Assembly: GCA_964405915.1 (NCBI GenBank)
Contig: CAYOPU010000001.1
Coordinates: 1-47,138, forward strand
From: an uncultured Smithella sp.
GTDB taxonomy: Bacteria > Desulfobacterota > Syntrophia > Syntrophales > Smithellaceae
Direction: 5' to 3'
DNA: 47,138 nt
In this document: piece after piece, positions 34,648 through 44,251 of the stretch
Layout of the letters: every line of letters begins with the position of its first letter
How positions within the stretch are numbered: position 1 is the first letter of the stretch
Made by a program: the position numbers and the translations under genes
The notes under the pieces: model-generated
What the model was told of the DNA's origin: nothing
What the model saw: the letters and a program-made list of their open reading frames with translations, nothing else
Database searches by the model: none

Positions 34648-35361
34648 CCTGACGTCGCCGTTAATAAAACAGGGAATCTGCCGGTCCATCCATCGGGACG
34701 GTATTTCAATCATACGCTGACCGCACTGCTGGAAGAACGTTGTGGGCGCAAGGTTTATCCGGCGCACCGCCTTGACCGTGAAACTTCGGGCGTCATCCTT
34801 CTGGCCTTTTCTGGAAAAAGCGCGGGCGATCTGGCCGAAGCGTTGGCGGAAGGATCCAAAGAGTACCTTGCCCTGGTGCACGGATGTTTTCCCGATCATG
34901 AAACAATCATCGATTTGCCTTTAGGACGAGACCCTGAATCCGCCGTGAACAAGAAACGCAAGGCGTGGACTGGCGGAACCCAAAAGGCCCTGACGCGTTT
35001 TCACAAAGTGCTGACTGCCGGGGAGTTTTCCCTTGTCCGATGCTTTCCCGAAACGGGCAGACTCCATCAGATACGCGCACACCTGAAATCCGCAGGATTT
35101 CCGATTGTTGGCGATAAACTTTATGGCCGGGAAGAAGATGCTTTTCTTGAATTTATCAGAAATGGATTCACCGCCGAACTGGAGGAAAGTCTTCTCCTGC
35201 CGCGCTCGGCGCTCCATGCCGCCAGACTGGTCATTTTACATCCGCGCACCCGGAAAAAGATGATCATCCGGGCGCAGCTTCCGGAGATGTTTGCTGATTT
35301 TATCCGTAAGGAAAAAAACGCGCACCCAAGCAGGCGTCCAGGTTTGGGTTTGCGGGAGTGA
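34648..35361 (+). pseudogene. RluA-family pseudouridine synthase lacking its N-terminus and any start codon (5'-truncated)
   Basis: The open frame begins at the codon right after the SufBD TAA (34645-34647), in the same frame. It reads PDVAVNKTGNLPVHPSG...YPAHRLDRETSGVILLA (catalytic Asp motif intact)...GRLHQIRAH...LHAARL. There is no ATG, GTG or TTG in frame before the TTG at 34843, which lies downstream of the catalytic motif. Confidence 0.6.
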
Positions 35362-35509
35362 TTAATCCACCGTGCGGTCTTGCCTTTGTGCCTGGCGTCA
35401 TTGGCATAACCGTTGTCCGGGATTCATTTTTGGTTTGCGTCATGGCATAAGAAGTTCTCTGGTGCGGCAGGCATAAGGATCAAGCAGATTATGCCGCCTG
35501 AATTCTCCT

Positions 35510-36214
35510 CTATTCTTTGAGATAAAACTGCAATTTAAGGCCGCTGACGTCCACGATATCGCCGTCTTTGAGATCGTAGCGGCGTTGGATTACTTTGCCG
35601 TTAATCTTCATTTCCTTGCCGCCGGATGGCGTGATAAAATAACCTTCTTTGCGACGATTAATCAGGGCGACCAGCTTGGGGGCAAAAAAACCTTTCAATT
35701 GAATAGCGGAACCGGCTTCTTTCCCAATCGCGGAAACTCTTTCTTTGAGTTCATATTCTTTCTCGTCCGTTGAACCCTCAAGAACCACAAAACCGCCCAG
35801 CGCCTCCGGAATGCTCGTATCCGCGGCCGTGATGATTTTCTTTTGGACATCCGGTGTAATCACCATTGTTTCGTCCATGGAACGGCCACGCACCGCAAAA
35901 TTTTTTGCATCTCCCTCCCTGTTTTTATCGGACGTGACATTTAAGGAGTGCACGCCGATAACAATGACGTCACTATTGAAAAGCTCCGATTTGGCCGCGA
36001 CTTTCTGGCTGTTCAAATAGGTGCCGTTCAGGCTGCCTAAATCTTCCAGCATGAGCGCATTGCCTTCCAGCTTGATGACAGCATGGTGACCGGATACGGC
36101 TTGATTATCAATAACGATATCGTTGTCCGGTTTACGGCCGATCGTGGTCACTTCCTTGTCCAGTACAATTTCTTTGACAGCCGCTTCCTTGTATTTCAGT
36201 AAGACCTTTGCCAT
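35510..36214 (-). CDS. FHA-domain protein (two FHA-like modules)
   Basis: N-terminal FHA (TTIGRKPDNDIVIDNQAVSGHHAVI ... SLNGTYLN). The C-terminal region also ends in an FHA-like beta-sandwich pattern (NGKVIQRRYDLKDGDIV). Confidence 0.85.
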   Translation of the reverse strand: MAKVLLKYKEAAVKEIVLDKEVTTIGRKPDNDIVIDNQAVSGHHAVIKLEGNALMLEDLGSLNGTYLNSQKVAAKSELFNSDVIVIGVHSLNVTSDKNREGDAKNFAVRGRSMDETMVITPDVQKKIITAADTSIPEALGGFVVLEGSTDEKEYELKERVSAIGKEAGSAIQLKGFFAPKLVALINRRKEGYFITPSGGKEMKINGKVIQRRYDLKDGDIVDVSGLKLQFYLKE

Positions 36215-36217
36215 ATA

Positions 36218-37015
36218 TCACCTCCGGAAAAATTCCATGAATTTAAACAAACCTGAATACCATTTTTTGTTTTTCTTAACACAACCTATAATCACAGTGA
36301 TGTTATCTTTGCCGCCATTTTTATTGGCTGTATTCACCAGCGTATCACATGCGGTCGTGGGATCACCTTCACTGGAAATGATGTCCAGAACAGCCTCATC
36401 CGTTACCATATTACTAAGTCCGTCGGTGCACAAGAATAAAATATCATCGCCAAACAGGGTCAGCTCGTCCAAATCCGGTTCCGTGTCCGCATGGATTCCC
36501 AAAGCTTTCGTGAGGATGTTTTTCATTTCCGATTGGGCCGCCTCTTCCTTGGTGATTAAATCACGCTTCACCTGTTCATTGACGATGGAATGATCATCGG
36601 TTAACTGGTCAATATTGCCGGCGCGGATCAAATATACACGGCTGTCGCCGATATGGGCAATGCTCAGTTTATTTTCGGTGATGAGGACCGCCGCAATCGT
36701 GGTGCCCATTCCTTTTAATTGCGGCGAGCTTTGAGCAGCCTCATAAACGGCCAGATTGGCCAGGCGGATCGCACGGTTCAATCTGTTGGTGGCTTCGGAA
36801 TAAGCGGGATCACAATCCCGGATACTTTTTTGAGGACGCTGAAAGTAATCCCGGATCACATTGATGGCCAGACTGCTGGCTGTCTCGCCGGACGCATGGC
36901 CGCCCATGCCATCGGCAACGATAAGCAACCCCAAATTTTCATCCAGATAAAAATTATCTTCGTTATTCGAACGGACTAAACCCTGATCGGTTTTGCCGCT
37001 GGCCGTGAGATTCAA
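36218..37015 (-). CDS. PP2C-family Ser/Thr protein phosphatase
   Basis: GKTDQGLVRSNNEDNF, VADGMGGHASGE and LCTDGLSNMV are typical Stp/PrpC motifs. Confidence 0.9.
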   Translation of the reverse strand: MNLTASGKTDQGLVRSNNEDNFYLDENLGLLIVADGMGGHASGETASSLAINVIRDYFQRPQKSIRDCDPAYSEATNRLNRAIRLANLAVYEAAQSSPQLKGMGTTIAAVLITENKLSIAHIGDSRVYLIRAGNIDQLTDDHSIVNEQVKRDLITKEEAAQSEMKNILTKALGIHADTEPDLDELTLFGDDILFLCTDGLSNMVTDEAVLDIISSEGDPTTACDTLVNTANKNGGKDNITVIIGCVKKNKKWYSGLFKFMEFFRR

Positions 37016-37024
37016 TGAAACCTC

Positions 37025-39604
37025 CTAATTTAAACAGGCAAGCAAATCATCCGCCAAGGACTTGCCGGTTTGGTAACGGGTCTCCACATCTTTGGACAAC
37101 AGTTTTTCCACAATCGGAACCATCTTTTCCGGAATGCCGGGGGAGAACTCTTGAATGGGCCGCGGCGGAGAGGCCGTGATTTTGTACATCAGGGTGGCAA
37201 TGCTGTCCCCGTCAAAAGGTTTTTTCCCGGAAATGAGTTCGTATAAGACGACGCCCAGTGAAAACAAATCAGAACGGCCGTCCACTTTTTTGCCGGCTAT
37301 TTGTTCGGGCGACATATAGCTTGGCGTACCCATGACAACGCCGGTTTGCGTCTTGGAGGTAGCCATGACCCGGGCAATGCCAAAATCCGCCACTTTTACT
37401 TCACGATTATTGAGCATCATAATGTTGGCCGGTTTGATATCCCGATGGACAATGCCGTTTGCGTGGGCATAATCGAGCGCCGCAGCCACACAGGAAACAA
37501 CGCGCACAACTTCTTCCATCGGCAACAGATTTTCTCTCTTGGTATATTTCTCCAGATCGGTGCCATCCAGGAGTTCCATGGCCATGTAAGCGATATCGTA
37601 ATCCTCGCCGACATCATAAATGGTGACAATGTTCGGATGGGACAGCTTTCCTGCGGCTTCCGCTTCGCGGAAGAACCGTTTCTTCACTTCGTCGATCTGT
37701 TCGGGATCAATTTCTTCATACCGCAACGTTTTAATCGCCACTTCCCGGTTAATGCGCGGGTCTTTACCGAGAAATACCGTCCCCATGGCGCCGCGCCCCA
37801 ATTCTTTCACAACTTCGTAACGCCCCAGCGTCGGCTTGATTTCGGTGTTATCCATGATGACGGTGGCTTCTTTTTTGGATCCGGACAGGCCGAAAATCAT
37901 GGTTTCTCCGGCAGCCGTCAGCTTCTTGATGCGCTCGCTGATATCTTTAAAATTTCCAGCTGTGGCAATATGCTGATAAACCGCCACCGCCTTGTTGAGC
38001 ATGCGCTTTCTTTCAAAATCCAAACCGAGATTATAGAGCAGTTCTTTCACCGATTCATCTTCAGCGGGGCATTTGCGGAATTTATCAAAGGCCATATCCA
38101 GCAAACCCTGCCCCTGGAAGGACAGTCCCAGCATCTTGTTGGTTTCCACGCTGTCGGCTTCCATGCGAACGTTTGTTTTTTCCGTCAGCAGATACCTCTT
38201 GGAGACAATGACGATGTAGCCGACAATCAATATGAGCGCCGGATAAAGCGCCCTGATCCAGTAGCCGTAAGCGGCAAAAAGATAAATCGTTGTCATCATC
38301 CAGCCCAGCAGGAGAATCAGAGAAACCATGGCGCTGATGCCGGCCTTGAGTCGCGGAATGACCAGCGCAATGTAAAGGCCGAAGACAAGAATCATGATGA
38401 GTTCCAGCGCGTTTGCCCAACTCGGACGAACGATGTGATCATCGTTGATAATATTTTCAATAACATTGGCAATGATTGTTCCCGGCGGGACGTTGACCGC
38501 GGTTGGCGTAACCTGCATGGCGCCTAATCCGGCTGCGCTCTGGGCGATAATCACGATCTTATCTTTAAAAACATCAGGCGCGACTTTTTTATTGACGACA
38601 TCAAAAAACGAATAATAGGGAATGCCGGAAGTGTAGCTGATCAGCATCCTGTTGCTTTCATCAACAGGAACGGTTTTACGGCCAAATTTTATTTCATTGC
38701 CCGGTTTCAGCGTCTGCAAATCGTAATTGAGGTATTTTAAGGTCAACTGCAGGGCGAAAGAAGGAAAAAGCTTTTCTTCAAAATTAATAAACAAAGGCTC
38801 GCTGCGCACCGTGCCGTCGCGGTCGGCAACGATATTAATGTGGCCCAATCCCATGGCGGTTGCGGCAAACTCGGCGATGGGGGGGACGATTTCCCGCGCG
38901 GTAATGCTGTTGTCTCCACCTGTCGGCGAAAGAGAGTTTTTTTGCAGATAATCCGGGAGATTCGAAGCCGTTCTCCCCGAAGGATTGCCGGGGACAAAGA
39001 ATAATGGCAGCACCACATTTTTACCTGTGGCAATCGAATGGGCCAGGATCGCATCATTATCGAGCCTTTTTTCAGACGCTTTCAAAGAGACCAAAATACC
39101 TTCCAGACTCTGCTTTTTTTTAACCGGGATGGCGGCGGCAACGATGCCCGGCGTCTTTTGCGCAGGCCCGGTTTCGACGACGCCCGGAGCCTTCGGCGCC
39201 GCTGCGGTTACGGCAGATCCTTGATTCACGTCAGCCGGATCACCTTCAATTTCTTTGATCAGATTGCGTACCTCGAGAAGTCCTTGATTGGCATCCTTTT
39301 CCGAATAAATAATATCCAGGCCGATGACCTTCGCCTGATAGGATTGCAGCAAATCAACCATCGCAGCGATGCGGGCGCGGGGCCAGGGCCAGCGGCCAAG
39401 GTTGGTAATGCTCTGTTCATCAATGGCAATGACGGCGACAGGTGCGGACGATGGTTGCACCCGCAGATTGGCGTTTAAGTCATAAATGCCGTTTTCAAGC
39501 GTTTCCAGCGGTCCCCAGGAAATGAAAAAGGAGAATAATGCAAGCAACATTAAAACGATACCCAGAATGAAATCAGAAATCGTCGAATTTGTAATTTTTT
39601 TCAT
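37025..39604 (-). CDS. CHASE2 sensor-domain Ser/Thr protein kinase
   Basis: The ATG at 39602-39604 follows AAGGAG. N-terminal TM plus CHASE2 (NLGRWPWPRARIA, GLDIIYSE), then a cluster of TM helices. The C-terminal Hanks kinase has GRGAMGTV, AIK, HRDIKPAN, DFGIAR and GTPSYMSPE. Confidence 0.9.
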   Translation of the reverse strand: MKKITNSTISDFILGIVLMLLALFSFFISWGPLETLENGIYDLNANLRVQPSSAPVAVIAIDEQSITNLGRWPWPRARIAAMVDLLQSYQAKVIGLDIIYSEKDANQGLLEVRNLIKEIEGDPADVNQGSAVTAAAPKAPGVVETGPAQKTPGIVAAAIPVKKKQSLEGILVSLKASEKRLDNDAILAHSIATGKNVVLPLFFVPGNPSGRTASNLPDYLQKNSLSPTGGDNSITAREIVPPIAEFAATAMGLGHINIVADRDGTVRSEPLFINFEEKLFPSFALQLTLKYLNYDLQTLKPGNEIKFGRKTVPVDESNRMLISYTSGIPYYSFFDVVNKKVAPDVFKDKIVIIAQSAAGLGAMQVTPTAVNVPPGTIIANVIENIINDDHIVRPSWANALELIMILVFGLYIALVIPRLKAGISAMVSLILLLGWMMTTIYLFAAYGYWIRALYPALILIVGYIVIVSKRYLLTEKTNVRMEADSVETNKMLGLSFQGQGLLDMAFDKFRKCPAEDESVKELLYNLGLDFERKRMLNKAVAVYQHIATAGNFKDISERIKKLTAAGETMIFGLSGSKKEATVIMDNTEIKPTLGRYEVVKELGRGAMGTVFLGKDPRINREVAIKTLRYEEIDPEQIDEVKKRFFREAEAAGKLSHPNIVTIYDVGEDYDIAYMAMELLDGTDLEKYTKRENLLPMEEVVRVVSCVAAALDYAHANGIVHRDIKPANIMMLNNREVKVADFGIARVMATSKTQTGVVMGTPSYMSPEQIAGKKVDGRSDLFSLGVVLYELISGKKPFDGDSIATLMYKITASPPRPIQEFSPGIPEKMVPIVEKLLSKDVETRYQTGKSLADDLLACLN

Positions 39605-39784
39605 GCACGCTCCTTCATCAGGGGGAAAACAGCCAGCTATTTCACATTGAGGAAAACATTTATCATAAGTAATGGGCATTTAGCAAGTTTTCTTGTTAAA
39701 ATTTTTTATGCCGCGGCCTGATCGTATTTTCTCATGATAAATCATCCTGACGCTTTACAAACCGACGGGAAACGCATCGTGACC

Positions 39785-40762
39785 TCAAGCAGCAATATAA
39801 CACAGCATGCCATTGATCAGGCTTTCTTGAACGGCGCCGTCGCGTTTGAGGTCCTGAAGATACACGCAGGTTTCATTGAGCGTCATAAACTTTTCCCAGT
39901 CATCCCGGTGAGCGGTCGTTCCAGCGAGCATTTCGCCGCAAATGGCGTAGGGTGTTTTGGGATCAGCGCCGATGCTTTTCAGAAGCGCCTGCTTTTTCAA
40001 TGTATGGTGTGTGCGGATTTCCTGTATGCGTTCATCGACGCCGGAGAAAGAATTTCCATGTCCCGAATAAATCGTGGTGATCGGCAGTTTGTCGATGATC
40101 TCCAGGGACTCCAGATAGCTTTTGAGCGGTTCAAAGACGTCATCATGGATATGGGGGCTGAGACTGGGTGCAATATAAGGCAGGACATGATCGCCCGCCA
40201 GCAGCAGATTTTCATCCCGGAAGAAGAAGCAAACGTGTCCCGCCGCATGTCCCGGCGTAAAAATAACTTCAAATGAACGATTGCCGAACCGGCGAATTTG
40301 ATTATTCCGCAAAAAGGTATTCACTGCAAAGCGCGGAGTGCGGGCGCTGATCTCTTGAATCTCCGCCACGATCGCTTCTATCTCCGAAGGCGGCAAGCCC
40401 TGCCGGGCGAAAAAGACTCTGGCCTGCGCAATCATATTACCGGCCTCAAGAAAATGCGAATGAACCTGATGAGAGACTTCCGATAAATGAAGACGGGCAT
40501 TTGACTTTTTCTGAATTTCTTCCGCCAGGCCGCAGTGATCGGTATGGGTGTGGGTGATGTAGATATCGCGGATGGATTCGACGGACAGACCGATGCTTTT
40601 GATGTCCGCCTCCATCTTTTCATAAGCGCCGGGCATGTGCATGCCAGTATCGAAAAGCGCGATATCCTCTCCGTCAACCAGCACATAGGCGTGGACATGG
40701 CGCAAACGAAAAGGCATGGGCAGTGTCATCCGGTAAAAGTTGTCCGAAATTTCAGTAATCAT
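39785..40762 (-). CDS. MBL-fold metallo-hydrolase
   Basis: 325 aa. ITHTHTDHCG (HxHxDH motif), TPGHAAGH and SGHG. Confidence 0.85.
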   Translation of the reverse strand: MITEISDNFYRMTLPMPFRLRHVHAYVLVDGEDIALFDTGMHMPGAYEKMEADIKSIGLSVESIRDIYITHTHTDHCGLAEEIQKKSNARLHLSEVSHQVHSHFLEAGNMIAQARVFFARQGLPPSEIEAIVAEIQEISARTPRFAVNTFLRNNQIRRFGNRSFEVIFTPGHAAGHVCFFFRDENLLLAGDHVLPYIAPSLSPHIHDDVFEPLKSYLESLEIIDKLPITTIYSGHGNSFSGVDERIQEIRTHHTLKKQALLKSIGADPKTPYAICGEMLAGTTAHRDDWEKFMTLNETCVYLQDLKRDGAVQESLINGMLCYIAA

Positions 40763-40833
40763 CAGGTCACCTCCTTATATTTGCGCGGTCACTCCGCGAA
40801 TGAAATTCGTTTTTCAATAGCGGAGTATCAGTG

Positions 40834-41808
40834 CTAAAGACGAAACACTTCAATGCAATAAGCAATGATCATGGCTGTAACCGTCAGGCTGTGGACTTTC
40901 ATCATCGCCAGATTGGCCGGCGCCATGGCCAGGGGATCATGCAAATGACGTTTCATAATTCTAAAGGATAGGATGGCAAAGGGCAGACTGATCAGGCCCA
41001 GCACAACGAAAGGCGACAAAACCTGCGCCCATGATCCGATCATCAGGATGCCGTAAGCCGTTGCTATGCCGGAACCGTAAAGAGCAGCGCCGACCTTTCT
41101 TCCGCAGCGGGCGACCAGATTCCATTTACCTCCCTGTCGGTCGGCTTCGTAATCGGGAATTTCGTTGATGATAATCATCGACCACATCATAAAGCCCGGC
41201 ACCAGTGAAGCAATCAGCGGTTCCCGGGCGAATGTCTGTGCCTGAACGTAATACGAACCCAGCACGATAACCGGTCCGAAATTGACCATTTGCGCCAGTT
41301 CCCCGAACCCCCGGTAACCGAAACGAATGGGCGGCACGGTGTAGAAAATGGAACAGAACATGCCGAAAAGCCCCAGAACCAGAACGGGCCATCCGCAGGC
41401 ATAGGTCAAATAGGCGCCAATGGCCGCGGTTGTTGCAAAACACAGACCGGCTGCCTTCAACATCTGCGTGTCCCGGAGGAGGCCGTCTGGCAGGACACCG
41501 CTGCCGCCGGTGAAAAAGTTCTTTTCTTCGCCTTTTTGCAAATCAACAGCATGACGGCAATCAAGTACATCATCTACCAGGTTGAGTCCGAAGTGATTGA
41601 CGGTAACCCCGACAACAACCAGCGCAAAGTACAGCAGGTGAAGCGGATAGCCCTGGGCCCAGGCCATCACACCCCCTAAGAGCGCCGGAAGAATGCTGGG
41701 CAAAACAAAATGGAGGCGAAGCGCGCGCAGCCAGACGTTCCAGACAGGCATCCTGATCATTCCCGGTCTGGCGTTGCTGGTTAAGGGATGGTTTTTTCTG
41801 ATTTTCAT
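40834..41808 (-). CDS. UbiA-superfamily aromatic/polyprenyl prenyltransferase (MenA-like)
   Basis: Polytopic membrane protein with Asp-rich UbiA-type motifs (NLVDDVLD and INEIPDYEADR). The start could be the internal ATG that gives MIRMPVWN. Confidence 0.85.
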   Translation of the reverse strand: MKIRKNHPLTSNARPGMIRMPVWNVWLRALRLHFVLPSILPALLGGVMAWAQGYPLHLLYFALVVVGVTVNHFGLNLVDDVLDCRHAVDLQKGEEKNFFTGGSGVLPDGLLRDTQMLKAAGLCFATTAAIGAYLTYACGWPVLVLGLFGMFCSIFYTVPPIRFGYRGFGELAQMVNFGPVIVLGSYYVQAQTFAREPLIASLVPGFMMWSMIIINEIPDYEADRQGGKWNLVARCGRKVGAALYGSGIATAYGILMIGSWAQVLSPFVVLGLISLPFAILSFRIMKRHLHDPLAMAPANLAMMKVHSLTVTAMIIAYCIEVFRL

Positions 41809-41872
41809 GGCTGGACTTTACCGTATCGCCTTCCCTGGATGGTGGCGGCGCCGGACGCCGGTCCGTAATGCC

Positions 41873-42544
41873 TTATTCCTTGTGATTCTTGAGTACCTCC
41901 AGGATTTTATCCTGATACCGCAAGGCCAGCAGGGAAACCATCACGGCTGCGACGGCAACAATGGCCAGCAGCGTATAATGTTCCTCGCGGGCAATATTGC
42001 CGCTGATGGACAGCATCATGGTGCCGAAGAAGCGGCCGATTGTGGAAATGATAATAAATGTTGATGTCGGAATGCGGCTGACGCCCATGATGTAGCATAA
42101 ATAATCTTTGGGAAAGCCCGGAAGCAAAAAGAGCAGAAAAGAAACCAGCAGGCCCTTATGCTCCATGAAATGATCGAATTTTTCGAAGACTTCTTTCTTC
42201 ACCGCTTTTTCCAGGAGCGGTTCGCCGAAAAAGCGGGCCAGCATGAACGCCAGCCACGAACCGATGGTTAAACCGATCGTGGAATAAATCGTCCCCCATA
42301 AAGGGCCGTAAACATAGCCACCAATAAAACCGGTTAATTCTCCAGGTATCGGCGAGGCAACAACCTGAACGATCTGGAGTAAAATAAAAACGATTTCATC
42401 GTAACGGTAGGACTTGATAAAATTAACAATTTTATCTTTATCTTTAAAAAAAAGATAAATGTCAAAATGAACGAAAAGATAGACGCAAAGACAGAGTAAT
42501 AAAACGAGCAATAAAATTCGGAATGCTAAATTTTTATTTATCAA
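41873..42544 (-). CDS. DedA/TVP38-TMEM64 family membrane protein
   Basis: PIPGELTGFIGGYVYGPLWGTIYSTIGLTIGSWLAFMLARFFG matches the family core. The only available start is a TTG with no clear SD, so the start is uncertain. Confidence 0.8.
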   Translation of the reverse strand: MINKNLAFRILLLVLLLCLCVYLFVHFDIYLFFKDKDKIVNFIKSYRYDEIVFILLQIVQVVASPIPGELTGFIGGYVYGPLWGTIYSTIGLTIGSWLAFMLARFFGEPLLEKAVKKEVFEKFDHFMEHKGLLVSFLLFLLPGFPKDYLCYIMGVSRIPTSTFIIISTIGRFFGTMMLSISGNIAREEHYTLLAIVAVAAVMVSLLALRYQDKILEVLKNHKE

Positions 42545-42794
42545 GGGAGATCAATGTTTCCAAAATTAAATTTATTGAGGTTTTTATATGAATAATATTC
42601 TTTCGTCAAATTGTTTCCGCTACTCCGGGAAGGATCAGGAAGAGAAACCTCTATTCAGGATACTGGTAAAATACCATTCTTGCCTCAAAATAGTTGACTA
42701 AATAAAATGGATATGCAAGAAAAACGCATTCTTGAGAAATATTAAATAATGCTGAAGACACATTGAGCGTCAACAGAGGGGGAATCTATCAATT

Positions 42795-44171
42795 ATGTCA
42801 AAAGTGCCGCAAAAACTGGATCGAAAGAAATCAGAAATTTATAAAGACGCGCCCATAGCCAAATTCGGAGAAAGAAAGCCTGACTTTACGACGATGGGAC
42901 GAAAAATAAAAAATCCCCACAAAAAATTCCGCGAGGTGGTTTGCGTGGAAGCATGCCGGACGCCCTATGGCCGTTCCGGCGGCGCTCTGAAAGATTTTTC
43001 GGCTATGGAACTGGGCGCAATGGCGATCAAGGAAGTTTTGCGCCGTACCGCCGGTAAAGTAAAATCTGCGGATGTGGATTATATTTTCATGGGACAGGTG
43101 GTTCCCGCGGGATGCGGTCAGATTCCGGCAAGACAAGCCAGCATTCTGGCCGGCGTTCCGGAATCCGTCCCTTCAATTACCGTCAATAAAGTCTGCTCGT
43201 CCGGCATTAAAACAATTGATCTGGCTTTTCAGATGATTCTGCTGGGACGGGCGGATATTTGTATCGCCGGCGGCCAGGAAAGTATGAGCAACTGTCCGTT
43301 TGTTCTGCCCGATATGCGCTGGGGCGCCAGGATGGGGCTGCCCAACGGGCGTGTCGTGGATGCGATGGTGTATGACGGACTCTGGGACGCTTTCTACAAT
43401 CGCCACATGGCGATTCACGGTTCGGAAGTGGCCGATGAGTTCGGCTTTACGCGGGTAGAACAGGATGAGTGGGCGCTTAATTCCCAGATGAACGCCGTTT
43501 GCGCAATGAATGAAGGAAAACTGGACGCTGAAATTTTTCCCGTGGAAGTGAAACAGGGTAAAAAAACCATGATCATTGATCAAGACGAAGGGCCAAGGCC
43601 GGAAACCACGCTGGAAGGGCTGGCCAAACTTCAGCCGGTGTTCGGCCATCTCAGCACCGTTACCGGGCAACCCGGCAGTGTCACAGCCGGAAACGCCCCC
43701 GGCGTCAATGACGGAGGAGACGTTTGTCTGTTAATGAGCCGGGAAAAGGCTGATGAACTGGGTCTCAAGCCTATTTTCACCATTGTGGATTATGCCGAAG
43801 TTTCGCAGCCGACCAAAGATATCGCCACCGTGCCGGGACTAGCCATTAAAAAGATTCTCGAACAAAACGACATGACCATCGATCAGATGGATGTCATCGA
43901 AATCAACGAAGCCTTCGCCGCGGTGGCGCTGGTCAGTTGCCGTTCCATTCTGGGAATGACGAGAGAAGAGATGTTTAAAAAAGTGAATATCAATGGCGGC
44001 GCAGTGGCATACGGCCATCCCATCGGCGCTACCGGCGCCAGAATCGCCATGACGCTGGGCTATGAACTGCAGCGTCGCGGCGGCGGTTACGGCGTATGCG
44101 GTATTTGCTCGGGACATGCCCAGGGCGACGCCATGCTCATCCGGGTGGAAAAATCCGGTTCAGCCGACTGA
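42795..44171 (+). CDS. acetyl-CoA C-acyltransferase (thiolase) with a Lys-rich N-terminal extension
   Basis: The thiolase core starts near residue 46 (VVCVEACRTPYGRSGGALKD). Active-site VNKVCSSG, C-terminal NINGGAVAYGHPIGATGAR and CGICSGHAQG. The alternative start is M34 at 42894, which has no RBS. Confidence 0.9.
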   Translation: MSKVPQKLDRKKSEIYKDAPIAKFGERKPDFTTMGRKIKNPHKKFREVVCVEACRTPYGRSGGALKDFSAMELGAMAIKEVLRRTAGKVKSADVDYIFMGQVVPAGCGQIPARQASILAGVPESVPSITVNKVCSSGIKTIDLAFQMILLGRADICIAGGQESMSNCPFVLPDMRWGARMGLPNGRVVDAMVYDGLWDAFYNRHMAIHGSEVADEFGFTRVEQDEWALNSQMNAVCAMNEGKLDAEIFPVEVKQGKKTMIIDQDEGPRPETTLEGLAKLQPVFGHLSTVTGQPGSVTAGNAPGVNDGGDVCLLMSREKADELGLKPIFTIVDYAEVSQPTKDIATVPGLAIKKILEQNDMTIDQMDVIEINEAFAAVALVSCRSILGMTREEMFKKVNINGGAVAYGHPIGATGARIAMTLGYELQRRGGGYGVCGICSGHAQGDAMLIRVEKSGSAD

Positions 44172-44251
44172 CACGTACTGAATGGCGGGGCTCATGCCCA
44201 TCAGTTTACCGACGCCATGTCGGCTGGTGATGACCAAGAAAGGAACAGGGT

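Noticed and set aside
35362-35509. Possible tRNA or small RNA in the 148-bp gap between the rluA remnant and the FHA gene.
   Set aside because: There is no T-loop (GTTCRANYC-like) or cloverleaf. The only feature is a 7-bp hairpin (GGCATAA...TTATGCC) with a 12-nt loop and no T-run. It is most simply a weak terminator or stabiliser between convergent genes.
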